IMG/VR virus record: IMGVR_UViG_3300025133_000132
Coordinates: 1-55,371 of that record
DNA: 55,371 bases
Origin: a virus
Taxonomy: Duplodnaviria; Caudoviricetes
Strand: one strand, 5' to 3'
Below are positions 47,192 to 55,371 of the stretch, piece by piece. Position 1 is the first letter of the stretch. Each line of letters begins with the position of its first letter. The notes under the pieces were generated by a model that was not told where the DNA came from, did no database searches, and worked only from the letters and a program-made list of their open reading frames with translations. A program made the translations under genes and the position numbers.

Positions 47192-48301
47192 ATGTCGCTT
47201 CTCGAGTACGCCACCCACACCGTCCCCGACGTGGTCCAGAAGGCCGTCCCCAGCTTCTACAACAGCGATGCGCTGATGAAGCTGATCAAGGCCCGAGGCA
47301 ACGTCAAGCGGTCCGGCGGCACCCACGTCCGCCTCAAGCGCATCAAGTCCGGCCACTCCGATGTGACCGAGATCAACGCGACGAACATGAGCGTCCCGCT
47401 GTCGAAGAAGGAGACCTTCTCGACGATGACCGGTGACTGGGCTCGGTACGTCAAGCCGATGATCCTCCCGCGCTACGACCTCAACCGCCTCGGTCGCGCC
47501 GAGGAGAAGAAGGCGTACACGAAGGACGTGGCCGAGGCCGCGATGCTCTCGCTGAAGAACGACGTGTGTCGTCGCTTCTACATCGGCGACACCCCCTCGG
47601 CTGCGAAGCTGGGCGGCCTCGGCACGCTGAACGGTGGTCGCACGGCGGCCCCGAACGGGAACGGAACCAGCTCGGGTCTCACCAACGGTGCGCTCGAGTT
47701 CGACATCCCCGCGACCCAGGGTGCCACGGGCAACCAGTACCTCAACGAGGCGCGTACCCACGACGCGACCAACGACGAGAACAACTGGTACAACCAGTTC
47801 GCCCAGCACGGCGGCATCGGCACGAGCTTCCTCTCCACCTGCGAGCAGATCAAGCTCACGGCGGACAGCTACAGCGAGGACAGCGAGGGCATCTCGATCG
47901 CCATCGTCAGCATCAACGACCAGGTCGCCATCGCGGACGAGGTCCGGTCGTACCCGGGCGGAAACGCGACGCCGATCATGTACACGACGGCGGACTGGGA
48001 CGGCGGGAACATCCACAAGCCCATCGTCGCCGCTGCCGGCATGCGCTTCTTCAGCAACCGCTGGATGACTGCTGCCGCGCTCGGCAACTACGCGGGTGGA
48101 GCGGCCATCAACGAGGCGGCCTACCTCCTGAACCCCAACTACGTCGAGTGCTGGGTCAACGCGGGCGAGAACTTCCGCGTCGGCAAGTTCTTCGACGGGA
48201 TGGAGCACGGCAACCAGGACGCCCTCATCGGGTACATCTTCCTGGAGCTGCAGTTCGTCCTCACCTCGCTCGTCACCCAGGGTTGCACCCGAGCCGTGTA
48301 G
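47192..48301 (+). CDS. Major capsid protein
   Basis: 369 aa after the scaffold; very strong codon bias; size and LMKLIKARGNVKRSGG..GLGTL pattern consistent with an HK97-fold capsid. Confidence 0.8.
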   Translation: MSLLEYATHTVPDVVQKAVPSFYNSDALMKLIKARGNVKRSGGTHVRLKRIKSGHSDVTEINATNMSVPLSKKETFSTMTGDWARYVKPMILPRYDLNRLGRAEEKKAYTKDVAEAAMLSLKNDVCRRFYIGDTPSAAKLGGLGTLNGGRTAAPNGNGTSSGLTNGALEFDIPATQGATGNQYLNEARTHDATNDENNWYNQFAQHGGIGTSFLSTCEQIKLTADSYSEDSEGISIAIVSINDQVAIADEVRSYPGGNATPIMYTTADWDGGNIHKPIVAAAGMRFFSNRWMTAAALGNYAGGAAINEAAYLLNPNYVECWVNAGENFRVGKFFDGMEHGNQDALIGYIFLELQFVLTSLVTQGCTRAV

Positions 48302-48385
48302 TCGGCTGGGGTGTCCTGACGGGCATCGAGACAAGTCCCCTTCGGGGGCACCCACCACCTTCCCTCTCCCCTCGGAGCCACGAAG

Positions 48386-48967
48386 ATGTTCGAGAACGAA
48401 TCCTGGGCAGGCGATGTCGTCTACCTCGACAACCCGGAAGACATCTGGGCGTACGACACCACCGAACCGGGTGACGGCGCGCCGGGCAAGCCGGGCGAGA
48501 TCCGCTGGTGCTACGCCGAGCTCAACTCGGGCGTGAAGGTCCTCCAGAAGCGCCGGCTCACCCGCCTCGCGCTCCTGTTGGGTGCCTCGGTCGTGAAGGG
48601 CAGCTACCTCGAGCTCGGCACCGGCAGCTACTTCGTGGCGGACGCGCTCGCTCCGGCGAACATGCCCCTCACGGACGCCGCCGGCTTCGTCAGCGAGGAG
48701 GTCAACCGCGAGGGCAAGGGCTCGGTCGCCCAGGGCGTCCTGCCCACCGGCTACTGGTTCTGGGCTGTCGTCGAAGGCCCCTGCGATGTGATCACCGATG
48801 CCGCCGTCGCGGTGGACACCCCGATGATCCCGAAGGCCGCGACCGGCGCTGGTCGTCTCGATGACACCGCCCCGGCGGGTCTCGAGCACACCATCTGCGG
48901 TCGCTTCCTGGAGGCGGGTGGTGCCCCCGCGACCTCGGTCGAAGCCCTGGTGAAGCTGGGCTTCTAG
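48386..48967 (+). CDS. Putative capsid decoration/cement protein
   Basis: Follows the capsid gene with similar codon bias; GYWFWAVVEGP; followed by a terminator. Confidence 0.55.
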   Translation: MFENESWAGDVVYLDNPEDIWAYDTTEPGDGAPGKPGEIRWCYAELNSGVKVLQKRRLTRLALLLGASVVKGSYLELGTGSYFVADALAPANMPLTDAAGFVSEEVNREGKGSVAQGVLPTGYWFWAVVEGPCDVITDAAVAVDTPMIPKAATGAGRLDDTAPAGLEHTICGRFLEAGGAPATSVEALVKLGF

Positions 48968-48985
48968 CTCCCACCGCTGAGCTGC

Positions 48986-49034
48986 GGCTCCGGCTGAAAC
49001 CCTCGTGGGGCCGCCCTGGTCTCACGAGGGTTTC
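48986..49034 (+). terminator. Hairpin terminator after the head genes
   Basis: GAAACCCTCGTG...CACGAGGGTTTC followed by GTCTATT. Confidence 0.6.
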
Positions 49035-49063
49035 GTCTATTCTGAGAGGAGCCGGAGAACGCC

Positions 49064-50608
49064 ATGAACATGGACAGCCTGATCGAGGACCTTCGTGCGG
49101 TGACTGCACTGCCAGGTCGGGGCACCCCCCAGCTCGACCGCTACCGTCGGATCATCCGCATCTGCACCCGCCAGTTCTGGGCGGACATGCCCGACGCCTT
49201 CCTCCGGGAGGAGTACCGGTTCAAGCTCGAGCCCCCGGTCAGCGTCTCGACGATCAGCATCGACAGCACGGACCGCCTGGTCTTCACGCTGGACGTTGCC
49301 CCGACTGTGCCCGCTCAGCTCGCGCTGGACGGCACCTTGCGGGGACGGTGGCTCGAGGTGCTCCGCAACGGGGAGTACTACTACCGGCGCGTCCGGGACG
49401 TGTACGTCGAGACCGTCATCGACGACCCGGACCTGCTCCACATCGTCATCGATCGTCCGTGGGACAACAACACGGACACGACGCTCACGTACCGCATCTT
49501 CACGTACCAGTACCCGTACCCGGCTGACGTGCAGAAGATCCTGTCCGTGCACTACGACCCCGACGTGAGCCCTTCGCAGAAGGTGGAGCCCAAGCTGAAG
49601 GCTGAGCTCGACATCCAGCGTTGGGCGCAGGGGTGGCGGGAGCAGGGGCGCATCACGAGCTACGCGCGGGGGGACTTCTACCAGCTCCCGGCTCCGCACG
49701 AGAAGCCTGGCGTCGCCCTGCTCTCCCAGCAGCCGAACAACAACCAGAAGTGGGGTTGGGACCCGGTCACGGGTGTCGAGCACACCCTCAACGTGGCCCC
49801 GGCGTACGGCAACGCAGGCAGCTTCGAGTACCGCTACAGCCTCGCGTGGGGTCGTTACCCCTGGGGGCATCTCTCGGTGGGCGACCGGGGCGACGGGCTG
49901 TCTGGACCGGCCCAGGGGCCCCTGGACCCCTTCTACATCTCGGCTCCCTCCCAGGCGACCGATGCCCAGGCTGCTGTCTGGGGTGGTTCGGCGATCCAGG
50001 TGACTGCTCTCGATGTGGACTACCAGTACGGGTACGGTCCGGACACGAGCAGGCGGTCCTATCACCACTACGGCTGTGAGAAGTGGTGGTGGCGTCGTCG
50101 GCTGAGCTCGGAGCCCGTTGGCGGCACGAACAACGCGGGCTTCCAGGAAGACCCGGACGCTGTCTGGTACCTGTGGAAAATCACCCCCGGGCACCAGACC
50201 TCGGTGGTGGACCACGGGGACCTCGACCCGGTGGACAAGCGGACCCGGCTCGAGCACATCCACGGGCACCAGCACCTGATGTTCGACAAGCTCCCGCCTG
50301 CTGGAGAGGAGGCGGTGATGCTGGCGATGGTGCAGAAGCGCCCGCCGGAGCCCGCCCACGACCAGGACTACATCCGGATCCCGCCGGAGTGCGAGAGCGT
50401 CTTCCTGAACCTGTGCTCGGCGTACGTGCTCGGGCGTCGTGAGGGCGAGCCCAACAAGGAGAGCCAGTACTGGGGGGCCTACCAGCGGTCCCTGGAGGAC
50501 CTGCGTCGCCGGTTCGGCAACCCCGGGCACGCGAAGGGTCCGTTCGGCTCCGGTCTCGGGGCGGGTGTACCGCTGCACTACATCGAGAACATCACGGACG
50601 GTACCTGA
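49064..50608 (+). CDS. Putative head-tail adaptor / tail tubular protein A-like (with insertions)
   Basis: Position after the head genes; adaptor-like ends (YPYPADVQKI; IPPECESVFLNL..AY). Confidence 0.55.
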   Translation: MNMDSLIEDLRAVTALPGRGTPQLDRYRRIIRICTRQFWADMPDAFLREEYRFKLEPPVSVSTISIDSTDRLVFTLDVAPTVPAQLALDGTLRGRWLEVLRNGEYYYRRVRDVYVETVIDDPDLLHIVIDRPWDNNTDTTLTYRIFTYQYPYPADVQKILSVHYDPDVSPSQKVEPKLKAELDIQRWAQGWREQGRITSYARGDFYQLPAPHEKPGVALLSQQPNNNQKWGWDPVTGVEHTLNVAPAYGNAGSFEYRYSLAWGRYPWGHLSVGDRGDGLSGPAQGPLDPFYISAPSQATDAQAAVWGGSAIQVTALDVDYQYGYGPDTSRRSYHHYGCEKWWWRRRLSSEPVGGTNNAGFQEDPDAVWYLWKITPGHQTSVVDHGDLDPVDKRTRLEHIHGHQHLMFDKLPPAGEEAVMLAMVQKRPPEPAHDQDYIRIPPECESVFLNLCSAYVLGRREGEPNKESQYWGAYQRSLEDLRRRFGNPGHAKGPFGSGLGAGVPLHYIENITDGT

Positions 50609-52905
50609 TGGCGACCGGAAGCAAGCACGTCCAGAAGGGTGTCGGCGGGGCGAAGATCATGGGGGAGTTCCCCGTGTCTCCCGACGGCGAGCACGCCTCG
50701 CTCATCATGAACTTCCGCCTGGACGAGAGGGGCAACCTCGACTCCACCCAGCGGAAGATGCACCTCATCCCCCAGATTTGGAGTGCGGCGAACCCGACTC
50801 CCTGGGCGAGCGATGGCGTCCTCGGGATGGGGTACGTCACGATGGATGGCGGGGCTCGGCCGGAGGTGATGTTCGTCACGAAGACGGGCCTGTTCCGGTA
50901 CGCCCCCTGGACCCGTGCGTCGGGAGCTGCTGGCTTCCGGGGACTCGAGGAGGTGAAGGAGTACCGGTTCAACGGGCCCCTCACGAGCTCGAACAGCGTC
51001 ATCCCCCAGACGGACCCGCTCTTCCCGCCCCAGTTCGAGGCGCTCGGGAACCGGCTGTACATGACCTTCGGCGACGGCGGCGGGGCCTGGGTCTGGGATG
51101 GCGAGAGGGTGCGGCGCTTCGGCTACACGGAGAAGCCGGCCCCCCCGGATGTCGTAGGCCCGGCCCGGAAGCAGGACAGCAAGACCTCGGTGAACGGGGG
51201 AGGCTTCTCGGCGGCCGGACGGATCGGAACGCTGGACCCGCTGTGGACTCGCGCAGTGGAGAAGAGCTTCGACGGCTCCGGGAACCCGACCACGAAGGGA
51301 GTGGGCACCGACCAGTACCTCTTCCACGAGCAGGTCGGCGGCATCCACCAGGGTCGGTACCAGTACTACGGCTGCTGGGAGAACGTGGATGGGGCGTACT
51401 CCGCCCTGAGCGCCCCTGGAGGCGTTTTCACGCTCCGACGCAGGGGAGCGGACCCGGACGAGGCGGAAGCCGACGGAGGGCTCGTCATGGAGAAGCTGCG
51501 CCGTCGTGCCTGGGTGCGCAACGGACAGCAGGGCCCCCCGGGGACTGTGGCCTTCATCCTGTGCCGGACGGCGAACCTCGAGTTCCTCCCCGAGGGGGAC
51601 ACGGGAGCTCCCCGGTTCCTCCACCGGATCCCGGGGAACGTCGCCGTCGAGTACATCGACGACATCCCCGACGGCGAGCTCGGAGGCACCTGGCTGGACC
51701 GGGAGACCATCCCTCACGGCTTCTACTTCCTCCGCCACTTCGGCGGCTCGATGTTCATCATGCGGACGGACGCCAACCCCTCTCGGGTCTGGTGGTCGGA
51801 GCAGACGGGACCCTTCGGCCCGACCCCGGAGAGTGTCCTGCGGGGACACTGGCGGGACGTGTACCCGGAGACGGGCCCCATCACGGGCTCCATCCACACG
51901 CGTCCTGCGACCGGGGACGGCGGCAGCATGATGCTGGTCTTCAAGCAGGAGGCCGTCCACTACATCGCTCCCGAGTACCCCCACTGGAAGTTCGGAACGC
52001 TGCACAGCGGGGCGGGCCTGGCTGGGCCCAACCTGGTCCAGAACTGCCCGGACGGCACGGTCGTCTGGTACGGAGCGTCCACCTTCTGGCAGTTCGACCC
52101 CCGGAACGGGGCGGTGGTGGACATCGGCAAGACGATGCGGGACACCCTGAAGAGGGTGAACGTGAACCGGGTCTCGTTCGGGACGAGCTGGATCGACCGT
52201 CGAGCTGGAGAGGTCCGCTTCGCCCTGCCGATGGAGGACAGCGACACGAACGACCTGCACTTCATCTGGGACTACCGGGTGGGTGGCTTCCGCCTCGCGA
52301 ACGACGTGAAGGTGCACGCTGCGCTTGCGATCCCGGCAACGGAGACGGTCCTTCTCGCCGGGGACGTGGCGACCCCTCCCGGAGTGATCCTGGTCCCGGG
52401 CACGAACCCCTCGGTCTGGATCTACGGCAAGGGCTACCCGGGGGAGAACTTCCGGCAGATGGAGGCGGTCTACCGCTCGGGCTGGATCCCGATGGGCGGG
52501 CTCCACGATTACTTCACGGCGGAGCACCTGGTCGTCCTGGGGGAGGAGCGCCACTACAACGACGCTGCCATCCGGACGTACGGCGACTGGAACCTCGATG
52601 TCGCCCACCTCGCCGACTCGAAGACCGGGGCGGACGAGATCCTGAAGTCTCACCACCCGGAGAACGACGACATCCGTTTCCTCGGCGGAGCGACCTCTGC
52701 CGCAGAGGCGGCGGGGAAGGCGGCGACCTTCGGCGTGACGAAGTGGCGGAAGCGCCGCCCGTACTCGCACATGGTTGCGATGGGGGCGGAGTCGATCGAG
52801 GTACTCTCGGTCGAGGTGGCCTCGCTGTACCCGATGGCGCTCTACAACATCAACGCCTACGGACCCATCCTCACGGACGCCGTTGGAAGGAGCCCTGCGC
52901 TGTGA
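50608..52905 (+). CDS. Putative tail nozzle / tubular protein B (beta-propeller-like)
   Basis: 765 aa beta-rich; NFRLDERG, NPSRVWWSE and MLVFKQEAVH patterns; position. Confidence 0.65.
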   Translation: MATGSKHVQKGVGGAKIMGEFPVSPDGEHASLIMNFRLDERGNLDSTQRKMHLIPQIWSAANPTPWASDGVLGMGYVTMDGGARPEVMFVTKTGLFRYAPWTRASGAAGFRGLEEVKEYRFNGPLTSSNSVIPQTDPLFPPQFEALGNRLYMTFGDGGGAWVWDGERVRRFGYTEKPAPPDVVGPARKQDSKTSVNGGGFSAAGRIGTLDPLWTRAVEKSFDGSGNPTTKGVGTDQYLFHEQVGGIHQGRYQYYGCWENVDGAYSALSAPGGVFTLRRRGADPDEAEADGGLVMEKLRRRAWVRNGQQGPPGTVAFILCRTANLEFLPEGDTGAPRFLHRIPGNVAVEYIDDIPDGELGGTWLDRETIPHGFYFLRHFGGSMFIMRTDANPSRVWWSEQTGPFGPTPESVLRGHWRDVYPETGPITGSIHTRPATGDGGSMMLVFKQEAVHYIAPEYPHWKFGTLHSGAGLAGPNLVQNCPDGTVVWYGASTFWQFDPRNGAVVDIGKTMRDTLKRVNVNRVSFGTSWIDRRAGEVRFALPMEDSDTNDLHFIWDYRVGGFRLANDVKVHAALAIPATETVLLAGDVATPPGVILVPGTNPSVWIYGKGYPGENFRQMEAVYRSGWIPMGGLHDYFTAEHLVVLGEERHYNDAAIRTYGDWNLDVAHLADSKTGADEILKSHHPENDDIRFLGGATSAAEAAGKAATFGVTKWRKRRPYSHMVAMGAESIEVLSVEVASLYPMALYNINAYGPILTDAVGRSPAL

Positions 52906-53726
52906 GCGACTTCATCCCCGCGCCGAAGGGGCACATGCCCGATGAGGTCGTGGACCCCAACCTCATCGCCCAGGACTACCAGCGGCTCCTCGCCCTGGCT
53001 GGCCGGACGACCCAGCACCAGTGGGCGAGCTCGGCCTTCGCCAGCGAGAACGTCTTCAAGGAGGGGGCTCCGGTCCGGGTCCGCGAGGTCTCCGTGCCGG
53101 CCCACCTCTACCAGGCGGTCTACAACCCGGTCAACGCCACGGTGGATGGAGACGACCCGGTCCTCCGCCCGCACATGGACGCGTCGAACCCCTTCACGGT
53201 GGACCCGGCGCTCTACCAGATCCCGTACAACCGAGGGCTCCAGCCCGTCAGCGACGTGCGTCTCGAGTGGACGACGGAGTACCCCGAACTGCTCTACATC
53301 CTGGCGGACTACCAGTACGTCCGGGAGCGGTGGAACACCTGGGGGTACGCGGGTGCTGCTCCCGTGGGACCGGGGACCACCGAGTACTACATCCGGATGA
53401 AGGCCAGGATCGGGGTGAACGGAGGCTTCCTCCCGGGGACGGGCCCCGAGGTGATCCCGTTCAACTCTCGCTATCGGGGTAGCGGGGACCCTCGCCGGTC
53501 CCGCCGGACGAACATCGCAGGGATTGCCCAGGTCCCCGCCGGCACGCACACCGTGCAGCTGCACGTAGGCCAGGGGCCTTCCGAGCCGGACAGTACGGCA
53601 GCCCACGAGCTGGAGCAGGACCTCGAGCTCGCCTACAACAACGAGCCGCCGACCCAGGGCGTATGCCTCGGTCACCGGAGGCTCATCGTCATCTCGTTCC
53701 CCTTCGGCCTTCCGATGGGAGGCTGA
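52902..53726 (+). CDS. Putative tail/virion protein (274 aa)
   Basis: True start GTG 52902 (GTGA overlap, AAGGAG RBS) inside the track ORF 50439..53726. Confidence 0.65.
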   Translation: MSDFIPAPKGHMPDEVVDPNLIAQDYQRLLALAGRTTQHQWASSAFASENVFKEGAPVRVREVSVPAHLYQAVYNPVNATVDGDDPVLRPHMDASNPFTVDPALYQIPYNRGLQPVSDVRLEWTTEYPELLYILADYQYVRERWNTWGYAGAAPVGPGTTEYYIRMKARIGVNGGFLPGTGPEVIPFNSRYRGSGDPRRSRRTNIAGIAQVPAGTHTVQLHVGQGPSEPDSTAAHELEQDLELAYNNEPPTQGVCLGHRRLIVISFPFGLPMGG

Positions 53727-53729
53727 CCC

Positions 53730-54416
53730 ATGCCTGTTCCGACTCCTGACAGCGGCACCACCGTTGATGTGGCGGATGTCGTCGCACAGCACACCGAGCT
53801 CATCGGCCTGGTGAACGCTCTGGCTGTGGGCAACATCGGCCGGCATGCCCTCGGCCCCCAGCACGTCCCTTCGGCTGTCGTCGGTTCTGACAGCATCTGC
53901 TCGGTGACGAACGAGCCCCTCATCTGGGACCGTAGCGGCGGCCCGCCCAGCGATGAGGTGGTGGCGGAGACCACGGCAGACATCTCGGGTGGGCTCTGGA
54001 AGATCCTCAACAGCTACACCCTGGACAACGGAGGCGCGGGGTACACGCTCCCTCCCTGCAAGGTCCTGGTGTTCTTCAACTGCCGGGTGGACAACTTCGA
54101 GGCCCACGACCGGGACAACCAGCTGTGGGTGAACGTCTACCACTCGGAGGACACGGTCGAGGTCTACGATCTGACCCACGGCGGGATGATCCACCCCATC
54201 GAGCAGAGCCCTTCGGGAGACCCGGTGGACATCTGCGAAGAGCCCATCGCGATCTCCTTCATCATCGACAAGACGGCGAACGTGGGCAACTGGGACCTCG
54301 ACTTCATCAAGGTGAAGGCGGGCCTGGCCCGGGGCGGCTCCAACGTGCTGAACCAGTTCGACGCGGACATCATCGCCGGCTCCCTCACCTTCATCGCCTT
54401 CTACAAGGACGAGTAG
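53730..54416 (+). CDS. Putative tail/virion protein
   Basis: GGAGG RBS, operon position. Confidence 0.65.
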   Translation: MPVPTPDSGTTVDVADVVAQHTELIGLVNALAVGNIGRHALGPQHVPSAVVGSDSICSVTNEPLIWDRSGGPPSDEVVAETTADISGGLWKILNSYTLDNGGAGYTLPPCKVLVFFNCRVDNFEAHDRDNQLWVNVYHSEDTVEVYDLTHGGMIHPIEQSPSGDPVDICEEPIAISFIIDKTANVGNWDLDFIKVKAGLARGGSNVLNQFDADIIAGSLTFIAFYKDE

Positions 54417-55139
54417 ATGCCCACCCTCCCTGTGATGGTCCTCGCGCAGCCTGAGCTCGACGCTGAGGAGGCGTACAGCTTCCTGTGGGACCCGGCGACC
54501 ACGCCCGACAGCGGGGAGATCCTCCAGGGTGGGTTGGACTCGCTGAACTACGGCGGCGGGAACAACTCCATCCCGGCCCACGCCTTCCAGCGGGGGACCT
54601 TCGCTCGAGGCTGGTACCAGGGCTTCGACCGCTGGGAGTTCCAGTACGCCCGGCAGCTCGACGGCGACGGCGCGACCCCGGGAGCCATCGCTCTCTCGGA
54701 GGGGGAGCGCATCGTCCACGCTGGGCTGAGCGGCCGGTTCTTCCTCCCCTGGACGGCATCGGTGCTGGTCTTCGGGTACCAGGCCTTCTTCCGCCACGAC
54801 GCCACCGAGTGGGGGAACGACGACGGCGCGCACAACTTCGAGTACTGGGAGCTCCAGGCGAAGATCAAGAACCAGGTCGAGCAGTGCCTGTACGTGAAGC
54901 TCCCCCACAACCGCTACAGCACCGGGAACCCGGACCCCGGGGTCCCGCCCTACGTGGACCCCGGTCACGCCGAGGAGCAGCAGTGGAAGTGGGTCCACAA
55001 GCAGCGCATCCTGAAGAACGTGGCCGCCGGGTACCAGCAGTTCGAGGTGAGCGCCTGGGCTCGGATCATGGCCCCCGATGCTCAGAAGGCGAAGCTCCTC
55101 ACCCCGACGGGTGGTATCTGGATGCTCGCGATCCGTTGA
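54417..55139 (+). CDS. Putative tail/virion protein
   Basis: Abuts the previous stop; its 3' end is duplicated at 1-85. Confidence 0.65.
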   Translation: MPTLPVMVLAQPELDAEEAYSFLWDPATTPDSGEILQGGLDSLNYGGGNNSIPAHAFQRGTFARGWYQGFDRWEFQYARQLDGDGATPGAIALSEGERIVHAGLSGRFFLPWTASVLVFGYQAFFRHDATEWGNDDGAHNFEYWELQAKIKNQVEQCLYVKLPHNRYSTGNPDPGVPPYVDPGHAEEQQWKWVHKQRILKNVAAGYQQFEVSAWARIMAPDAQKAKLLTPTGGIWMLAIR

Positions 55140-55184
55140 CTGAGGATCCGTAGGCAGGAGCTCGTATGGGTTGGTTCACTCTCG
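55055..55184. repeat. Terminal direct repeat, right copy
   Basis: Identical to 1-130; diverges at 55185. Confidence 0.95.
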
Positions 55185-55287
55185 TCATCCTCGCCACTGC
55201 GGCTGCGCTCGACGTATGACGAGATCTTCATCTCCCGCCTATTTGTCTGAACGGGCCTACCAACAACGCAGAAGGATAGGAGTTTCC

Positions 55288-55371
55288 ATGCGTACTTTGC
55301 ACGACCACGAGATCAACGACTTCAACAGCGAGCACGTCAAGGTGTTCGTCGCCGACAAGGCCGATCACGAG
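55288..55371 (+). CDS. Truncated ORF in the non-matching tail (MRTLHDHEINDFNSEHVKVFVADKADHE...)
   Basis: TAGGAG RBS then ATG; runs off the window end. Confidence 0.5.
   Translation, partial: MRTLHDHEINDFNSEHVKVFVADKADHE

Noticed and set aside
48305-48356. Imperfect long hairpin between the capsid and cement genes, with CTGACGG suggestive of a hammerhead core
   Set aside because: It lacks CUGANGA and GAAA; most simply an attenuator or processing stem.
50439-52901. 1095-aa ORF 50439..53726 overlapping the nozzle gene
   Set aside because: The upstream part is an Arg/Gly/Pro-rich shadow frame expected from GC3 bias; the real gene starts at GTG 52902 with an RBS and GTGA coupling.
698-54998. 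Long antisense or shifted ORFs (e.g. 698..2893, 4523..6988, 8654..10813, 9118..10758, 24967..27339, 43317..44804, 50578..52770, 52857..54998)
   Set aside because: They mirror strongly biased real genes in a high-GC genome and show no RBS or protein-like motifs.
55055-55184. attL/attR of an integrated prophage
   Set aside because: No integrase recognised; the repeat starts exactly at base 1 and lies within the virion operon, which fits a circular assembly overlap better.

Overview
This window is an essentially complete, high-GC dsDNA phage genome that appears circularly permuted: bases 1-130 recur exactly at 55055-55184, giving a unit length of about 55,054 bp, and are followed by 187 bp of unrelated sequence. 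The gene content points to a podovirus-like, probably lytic phage. The late operon runs terminase, portal, scaffold, major capsid and short-tail proteins (41.0-55.1 kb), then wraps into three putative internal/ejection proteins (0.1-10.9 kb), the largest being 2570 aa with an embedded ADP-ribosyltransferase-like domain. A leftward replication/recombination operon encodes DnaB, a Rad52/Sak-like protein, a PriB-like OB fold, a Cas4-like nuclease, SSB, a RuvC-like resolvase and DnaG (12.3-22.1 kb). A rightward block of small early/accessory genes spans 22.2-31.4 kb, and a middle block carries MazG-like, methyltransferase-like and amidase genes (32.3-41 kb). I recognised no integrase, repressor, DNA polymerase, tRNA or CRISPR array. 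The most unusual signals are: a membrane-anchored response-regulator receiver gene closing the virion operon; two dense CTAG clusters bracketing the early block; a hairpin-rich non-coding region of about 0.55 kb; and a small hairpin repeated just upstream of the RBS of five early transcription units. All family calls come from reading motifs by eye; no database searches were run.
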